This document shows positions 27,682-32,000 of a stretch of DNA of 32,000 nucleotides, one piece after another. The position numbers were made by a program, and so were the translations under genes. The notes beneath the pieces were generated by a model. It saw nothing but the letters and a program-made list of their open reading frames with translations, was not told the DNA's origin and did not search any database. This stretch comes from Geobacter metallireducens GS-15 (GTDB lineage: Bacteria > Desulfobacterota > Desulfuromonadia > Geobacterales > Geobacteraceae): assembly GCF_000012925.1 (NCBI RefSeq), contig NC_007517.1, positions 3,060,001-3,092,000 of the forward strand. Reading direction: 5' to 3'. Every line of letters starts with the position of its first letter. Position 1 is the stretch's first letter.

Positions 27682-28235
27682 CAGTGGTGCACCTGACGGA
27701 ACCGGGCCCGGGCCAGGGACCAGAAGGCGGTCAGAGCCAGGAGCGCGAGGCCGTTCACCTGGAAGAACGCGGCGAGCCCGAAGGTGAGAAGGGCGATGGC
27801 CCACGGCTCCACACCGCGAATCTTGCGGCCCATGCCAATGGCCGCCACCAGGATCAGGGCGATGATGACGGGGTTGGTCCCCTGCAGGGCCGACTGGAGT
27901 TCGGGAAGTTCATGGTAGCGGAAGTAGAGGAGCGAAAGGAATGAGACAATCAGAAACGACGGGAGGATGAAGGCGAACGCGGCCACGGTGCCCCCGATGC
28001 GGCCCCGGAGGGTGCACCCGACGAAGGTGCAGGAATTGAGGGAGAAGGGGCCCAGGAACTGCCCGAAGGCGAGGCCGTGCATGAACTCCTCGTGGCTGAG
28101 CCATTCCTTGTCGTGGACGCAGACCCGTTCCACCAGGGCCACCACCGCCATCCCCCCGCCGAAGCCGGTAACACCGATGATGAGGAACGTGCGAAAAATT
28201 TCCCCGAGGGATACCCGATTACCTGTCGTTTCCAT
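27681..28235 (-). CDS. chrA: Chromate ion transporter (CHR) family, short-chain half, first subunit
   Basis: FLIIGVTGFGGGMAVVALV..EFMHGLAFGQFLGPFS is the CHR signature. I chose the start at ATG 28235 (METTGNRV..); 28259 is also possible. Confidence 0.82.
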   Translation of the reverse strand: METTGNRVSLGEIFRTFLIIGVTGFGGGMAVVALVERVCVHDKEWLSHEEFMHGLAFGQFLGPFSLNSCTFVGCTLRGRIGGTVAAFAFILPSFLIVSFLSLLYFRYHELPELQSALQGTNPVIIALILVAAIGMGRKIRGVEPWAIALLTFGLAAFFQVNGLALLALTAFWSLARARFRQVHH

Positions 28236-28297
28236 GTAATTCCTTATAGCAAGGGGCATCCGTGGGGGGCAAGGGAAAAGCCATACGGTATACGTGC

Positions 28298-28327
28298 TTG
28301 CATAGAATCTTCTGGTAAAATTATACT
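28298..28327 (+). promoter_or_regulatory. Candidate sigma-70 promoter for the BioD/DRTGG gene
   Basis: TTGCAT, an 18-nt spacer, then TATACT. This is a pattern match only. Confidence 0.35.
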
Positions 28328-28360
28328 CGTCGTTTGGGTAGTGGATCTCAGCGGTCAGAG

Positions 28361-29470
28361 ATGGAAGCGATCACCATGTGCAAGAAGGTTTTCATCGCGG
28401 CAACGGGAATGAACTCGGGCAAGACCACCATCAGCGTCTCGCTGATGCACCTGGCCCGGAAAAAGTACGGCAGGGTCGGCTTCATCAAGGCCATCGGCCC
28501 CAAGTGCCAGCTCTTCAACGATATCACCGTCGACATGGACGCGGCCCTCATGGCGCGCATCTTCGGCCTCGAAGGGGACATCAACCATATGTCGCCGGTA
28601 GTGCTGGAGCGGGGCTCCACCAAGCGCTTCATCGACGGGGAGATCCCCACCCTCTGGCCCGCGGAGCGGATCACCGAAGCAGTGCGGGAGTTGGAGCGGA
28701 AAAACGACTACCTCATCATCGAAGGATCGGGCCACGGCGGGGTCGGTTCCGTCATCGGCATGAACAACGCCAAGGTGGCCAAGCTGGTGGATGCCCCGGC
28801 CATCATGGTCTCCGGCGGCGGCATCGGCAACGTCATCGACTCAGTCCAGCTGAACCTCCCCCTCTACCGGATGGAGGGAGCCGACCTGCGGATGCTCCTG
28901 GTCAACAAGCTCATCCCCGAGAAGCGGGAGACCTCCCTCTCCTACCTCCAGCGGGCCTTCACCCCCCACGGCATCAACGTCGTCGGGGCCTTCGACTGGT
29001 CGCCGATCCTCGCCAACCCCACCCTCAACAACATTGCGCGGCTCCTGGCCCACCCCCTCAGGGGGGACCAGAGCCAGGGGACCCGGATCATCCACCATAT
29101 CCAACTGGGGGCAGCCTCGTCCCAGAAGGTCATCGACGGACTTGCCGAATCGACCATGCTCCTGGTCACCAGCTCCCGGGACGAGCTCCTCGTCACCCTC
29201 TCGTCCCTCTACAACATCCCCGCCTACCGGGAGAAGATCGCCGGCCTCGTGGTTCCCGGCCACGCGCCGGTCTCCGCCATCACCCAGAAGATCCTCGACG
29301 ACAGCTCCATCCCCTACATCCGGATCCACGAGACCACCGCCGACATCTTCTCGGCCATGAAATACCACGTCTCCAAGATCAGCGCCGAAGACGCCGAGAA
29401 GATCGATCTCGTCAAGGCCCAGGCGGAAAAGGTGCTGGATTTCGACGAACTGGACCGGATGCTGTCATAG
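28361..29470 (+). CDS. BioD-like P-loop + DRTGG-type domain protein resembling the N-terminal (non-catalytic) half of long phosphotransacetylases
   Basis: KKVFIAATGMNSGKTTISVSLMHLARKK..GFIKAIGP resembles the Pta N-terminus and BioD-like P-loop. LIIEGSGHGGVG and a later LLVTSSRDELL segment resemble a DRTGG domain. No PTA_PTB domain is present. The start is ambiguous (28361 or 28376). Confidence 0.65.
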   Translation: MEAITMCKKVFIAATGMNSGKTTISVSLMHLARKKYGRVGFIKAIGPKCQLFNDITVDMDAALMARIFGLEGDINHMSPVVLERGSTKRFIDGEIPTLWPAERITEAVRELERKNDYLIIEGSGHGGVGSVIGMNNAKVAKLVDAPAIMVSGGGIGNVIDSVQLNLPLYRMEGADLRMLLVNKLIPEKRETSLSYLQRAFTPHGINVVGAFDWSPILANPTLNNIARLLAHPLRGDQSQGTRIIHHIQLGAASSQKVIDGLAESTMLLVTSSRDELLVTLSSLYNIPAYREKIAGLVVPGHAPVSAITQKILDDSSIPYIRIHETTADIFSAMKYHVSKISAEDAEKIDLVKAQAEKVLDFDELDRMLS

Positions 29471-30805
29471 GGGGCAGGGCGAGGGGTGTAATTCCCTCTC
29501 CCCGTGGGAGAGGGTGCCCGGAGGGCGGGTGAGGGGATATTCGCCTCGCCGCACCATCGCCTCAAGGGTCGCGTCCAGGTACTCCCGCTGGCATGCCACA
29601 CCGTCCACCGCACCCGTTTCCACCAGCCTCATGAAGCGGCAGCCACCGAAGCAGAGGGGGAGGTAGGCGCAGTCGAGGCACTCCTCCTGCTTCCAGGCGT
29701 CCATCCCGTACGCGTCCCCTGCGCTGCCGGCGCCGTTTCGTAGATGGCCGGCAACGAACGCCGGCCGGCCGATGAAGGCGGGACAGCGGTAGATGGCCCC
29801 ATCGGTGTCGACCACCAGATCGGTGTCGAACTCCACCATGCAGGCGGCCGGGGCCGGTTTAGACGTCAGGTACCCTCGTTTCACGATCTCCTCCCGAAGG
29901 ACGAGGGACGCCTCCACGAGCCACGGCTCAGTGAGTCCGCCGCACCCTTCCGAAAAGTCGGGAAGCCCCGCAACACCCTCCCGGCCGATCACCGGATCGA
30001 ACCTGACGAGACGGACCCGCTCCGGGGTGAGCCCCGCGACAGGGAGAATGTCGAGGAGTTGGGGGAACTCCCGCCAGGTGTCGCGGGTGTAGTTCCCGCC
30101 GATGGCGATGCCGATCAGGCCGCACACCTCCCGCAGGTTGGCGATGATCGCGGCAAAGCTCCCCTCTCCCGAGACAAAGGGACGCAGCCGGTCATGGATT
30201 TGCGGCGGGCCGTCGAGGGTCACCTTGGCGCCGTCCAGGCCGAGGGGGAGAAGATCTTTCACCAGCGTCCGGGTGAGGAGGGTACCGTTGGTGACCAGGC
30301 TGAAGGAAAACCGGTCGCCGCCGGTCGCCCGCAGCGGTCCGGCGATCCGGCGGATCAGGTCGGGGCGCAGCAGCGCCTCGCCGCCGTAGAAATTGAGCGA
30401 GACCCTCCGTCCCCGGGCCAGGTGTTCCCGCTCCACCAAGGATACGAAGAGGTCGGCGGTCTCCCCGTCCATCTGGCGCAGGCTCGGCTGATTCGCCTCG
30501 AAGCAGTAAGGGCAGGCGAGGTTGCAGGCCCGGGTCAGGACCACCACGGCGCTGCAGCGGCGCCGCCGCGCGTTGATCCGGTCGAACCAGGCGAGCATCT
30601 CCCGCTGCTCCGTTCCCGGGTCTTCGGCGAGAAAGCCGTGGCGGGAGAGGGTTTCGGCGGGCTTAGGCGAAAGGGTGCCGCCGCGGGCGGCTTCGAGGAG
30701 GGGGGCGGGTACGCGGAGCACCGCTCCGGTGCGGCAGGAGAAGAGAATGAGATGGCCCGGCTGCTCCGTGCAGGGGAAGACTTTCACGTGGCGGGAGAGG
30801 ATCAT
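29465..30805 (-). CDS. Radical SAM / SPASM-domain peptide-modifying enzyme (RiPP maturase candidate)
   Basis: CNLACPYC (CX3CX2C). The SPASM signature is complete: C-X13-G-X4-C (CMVEFDTDLVVDTDGAIYRC) plus CLDCAYLPLCFGGC (CX2CX5CX3C). The N-terminal ~90 aa are of the type seen in peptide maturases (..GHLILFSCRTGAVLRVPAPLLEAA). I trimmed the start to the ATG at 30805, because the ORF-track start at 30895 would overlap the short ORF. Confidence 0.9.
   Translation of the reverse strand: MILSRHVKVFPCTEQPGHLILFSCRTGAVLRVPAPLLEAARGGTLSPKPAETLSRHGFLAEDPGTEQREMLAWFDRINARRRRCSAVVVLTRACNLACPYCFEANQPSLRQMDGETADLFVSLVEREHLARGRRVSLNFYGGEALLRPDLIRRIAGPLRATGGDRFSFSLVTNGTLLTRTLVKDLLPLGLDGAKVTLDGPPQIHDRLRPFVSGEGSFAAIIANLREVCGLIGIAIGGNYTRDTWREFPQLLDILPVAGLTPERVRLVRFDPVIGREGVAGLPDFSEGCGGLTEPWLVEASLVLREEIVKRGYLTSKPAPAACMVEFDTDLVVDTDGAIYRCPAFIGRPAFVAGHLRNGAGSAGDAYGMDAWKQEECLDCAYLPLCFGGCRFMRLVETGAVDGVACQREYLDATLEAMVRRGEYPLTRPPGTLSHGERELHPSPCPL
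29471..29535 (-). repeat. REP-like palindromic element, copy 3 (reverse orientation), embedded in the 3' end of the SPASM maturase ORF
   Basis: The reverse complement reads CCCCTCACCCgccctccgggcaCCCTCTCCcacgGGGAGAGGGaattacacccctcgccctgcccc. The first ~45 nt match copies 1 and 2. Confidence 0.75.
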
Positions 30806-30816
30806 GGCTACCCCCA

Positions 30817-30845
30817 AAAGAGCCGGGGGAACCCGTCCCCCGGCT
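30817..30845 (-). terminator. Hairpin with short U-tract between precursor ORF and maturase (candidate leaky terminator/attenuator)
   Basis: AGCCGGGGGA-cgggt-TCCCCCGGCT forms a perfect 10-bp GC-rich stem. On the minus strand it is followed by CTTTTGGGGG, and the maturase ATG lies 11 nt after the T-run. Confidence 0.55.
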
Positions 30846-30875
30846 AAATACACCGCACGCCATCGCAAGCATCCG

Positions 30876-30980
30876 TTAAAAGAAGAAAGCAACACTCACC
30901 GTGCAACAGGCCAGGGGCCCATCGGCCGACTCCTCAACCCCTTCGTCGAGAACAACCACTTCCTCACGTTCCTCAGTCAT
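30876..30980 (-). CDS. 34-aa candidate RiPP precursor peptide MTEEREEVVVLDEGVEESADGPLACCTVSVAFFF (not in ORF track)
   Basis: ATG at 30980 and TAA at 30876-30878. A strong SD (GGAAGGAGGT, 30988-30997) sits 8 nt upstream. The first half is acidic and leader-like, and the tail is hydrophobic and contains Cys-Cys. The ORF lies 70 nt upstream of, and co-oriented with, the SPASM enzyme. Confidence 0.6.
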   Translation of the reverse strand: MTEEREEVVVLDEGVEESADGPLACCTVSVAFFF

Positions 30981-31148
30981 GGCGCTCACCTCCTTCCGTT
31001 GACCTCGCCTTGGCGGCAGCAGCAAAATAACGGGTGACACAACAAAACTTTCCTGCTAAAAATCCGGAAAATTGTTCTCACCTCGCGCAACGTCAAATAA
31101 CCAGGACCCATAACATTCACAAGCAACTCACATGCCCGAATCGCCATC

Positions 31149-31212
31149 AATCAACGACGTTATTGAATCCTCCCACCCCCCCTTGGGGAGCCGGGCAAAT
31201 ACGTCGTTGATT
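31149..31212 (+). promoter_or_regulatory. Perfect 12-nt inverted repeat forming a 64-nt stem-loop immediately upstream of the TonB-dependent receptor start
   Basis: aatcaacgacgt (31149-31160) pairs with acgtcgttgatt (31201-31212). An inner ctccc/gggag pairing is also possible. The 3' arm ends 3 nt before the ATG at 31216. Confidence 0.4.
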
Positions 31213-31215
31213 CGC

Positions 31216-32000
31216 ATGGTTATCTCGGCACTTCTCGTCTGTTTCACCCTTCTTTTCACCGGTGCCCCCCCCCTCCACGCCGCAGAGGAGAGTGACTCAA
31301 ATTTGTTGGAGCTCTACTACGAGCCCAGCGATTTGGCGGTATCAGCCGCCACCCGCTCCCCCCGCCCCCTTTCCCGCAGCGCCGAAGACATCACCGTGGT
31401 CACCGCCGCGGAGATCGAGGCCCAGAACGCCCATAACCTGGCAGAGGTGCTGAACAGGGTCCCCGGGGTCCAGGTCGACCTGCGGGGTGGACTCGTCACC
31501 GACTACTCGCTGCTGGGCTCCAGTTTCCGCCATGTCCTGGTCCTCGTGGATGGCGTCTCCATGAGCAATCTGTCCGACAACGCCGCGGTCATCGCCCAGA
31601 TCCCGGTGGGGAACATCGAACGGATCGAAATCGTGAAGGGGCCGGCCTCCACGGCCTGGGGCTCCGCCCTGGGGGGGGTCATCAACGTTATCACTAAATC
31701 CCCCCGGGAAACTGCCATCCCCGGCGGGTCCGCCTCCTTCTCCGGGGGGGAGCGCGGCACCCGCGACGCCCAAGGCGAGCTGACCGGGACCATGGGACGG
31801 CTGGGCTACTACCTCTCGGGCGGCAACGTCCGGTCCGACGGCTTCCGCCCCCATAATGCCTCCGACAGCAACAACCTCTATGCCAAGCTCCTCTGGAGCC
31901 TCCGCGACAAGGGGAGCATCCGCTTCACCATCAACTACCTCAAGGGTGCAGCGGGCGAAGGGGTCTTCCCGCTCCCCGCCCGGCTGCTCCCCATTCTGTC
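31216..32000 (+). CDS. TonB-dependent outer-membrane receptor (plug domain and start of barrel); 3' end truncated by the window edge
   Basis: I translated frame 1 by hand. It has a signal peptide (MVISALLVCFTLLFTGAPPLHA-AEE) and plug motifs (ITVVTAAEIEAQNAHNLAEVLNRVPGVQVD, VLVDGVSMSN, IERIEIVKGPASTAWGSALGGVINVITK). The frame is open to base 32000. It is absent from the ORF track because it has no stop codon. The start is uncertain; an in-frame ATG at 31132 also exists. Confidence 0.88.
   Translation, partial: MVISALLVCFTLLFTGAPPLHAAEESDSNLLELYYEPSDLAVSAATRSPRPLSRSAEDITVVTAAEIEAQNAHNLAEVLNRVPGVQVDLRGGLVTDYSLLGSSFRHVLVLVDGVSMSNLSDNAAVIAQIPVGNIERIEIVKGPASTAWGSALGGVINVITKSPRETAIPGGSASFSGGERGTRDAQGELTGTMGRLGYYLSGGNVRSDGFRPHNASDSNNLYAKLLWSLRDKGSIRFTINYLKGAAGEGVFPLPARLLPIL

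Noticed and set aside
31132-31215. An in-frame ATG at 31132 as the start of the TonB-dependent receptor.
   Set aside because: It would add 28 residues ahead of the signal peptide, has no RBS, and would place the 12-bp inverted repeat inside coding sequence. The ATG at 31216 gives a canonical signal peptide. Neither start has a clear SD, so this remains uncertain.

Overview
High-GC (roughly 60-65% by eye) bacterial chromosomal segment. Gene content and intergenic palindromes look like a Geobacter-type Desulfuromonadales genome; this is an inference and nothing was searched. I support about 29 protein genes, mostly housekeeping and signalling. Left to right: the 3' part of a CheA-REC / CheB / REC-histidine-kinase chemosensory operon; CtpA protease; an HD-GYP phosphodiesterase; a minus-strand run of FGE-domain protein, recQ, hpt and purine permease; a small DUF4911-like protein, tldD and a PocR/GAF/GGDEF cyclase; cyclophilin; a signal-peptide-bearing 2-Cys peroxiredoxin; a UvrD/PcrA-family helicase; a low-GC PEP-CTERM protein gene bracketed by ~121-bp direct repeats; YpfJ metallopeptidase; a DUF937/OmpA protein; ligA-acyP; a split chrA pair followed by a radical SAM gene; and a BioD/DRTGG protein. 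At the right end a radical SAM/SPASM maturase is preceded by a 34-codon ORF that is too short for the ORF track. I read this ORF as a candidate RiPP precursor; it lies divergent from a TonB-dependent receptor. I recognised no rRNA, tRNA, CRISPR array or transposase. The most interesting items are: (1) the precursor / attenuator hairpin / SPASM-maturase cassette, whose 3' end is supplied by a REP-like palindrome; (2) the direct repeats around the PEP-CTERM gene, each carrying a near-consensus sigma-54 -24/-12 element plus an identical hairpin; (3) a 152-nt element closed by a 21-bp stem upstream of tldD; (4) a 143-nt inverted-repeat element between prx and the helicase. All coordinates were counted by hand. 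Gene starts are judged from RBS and homology memory and may be off by a few codons.
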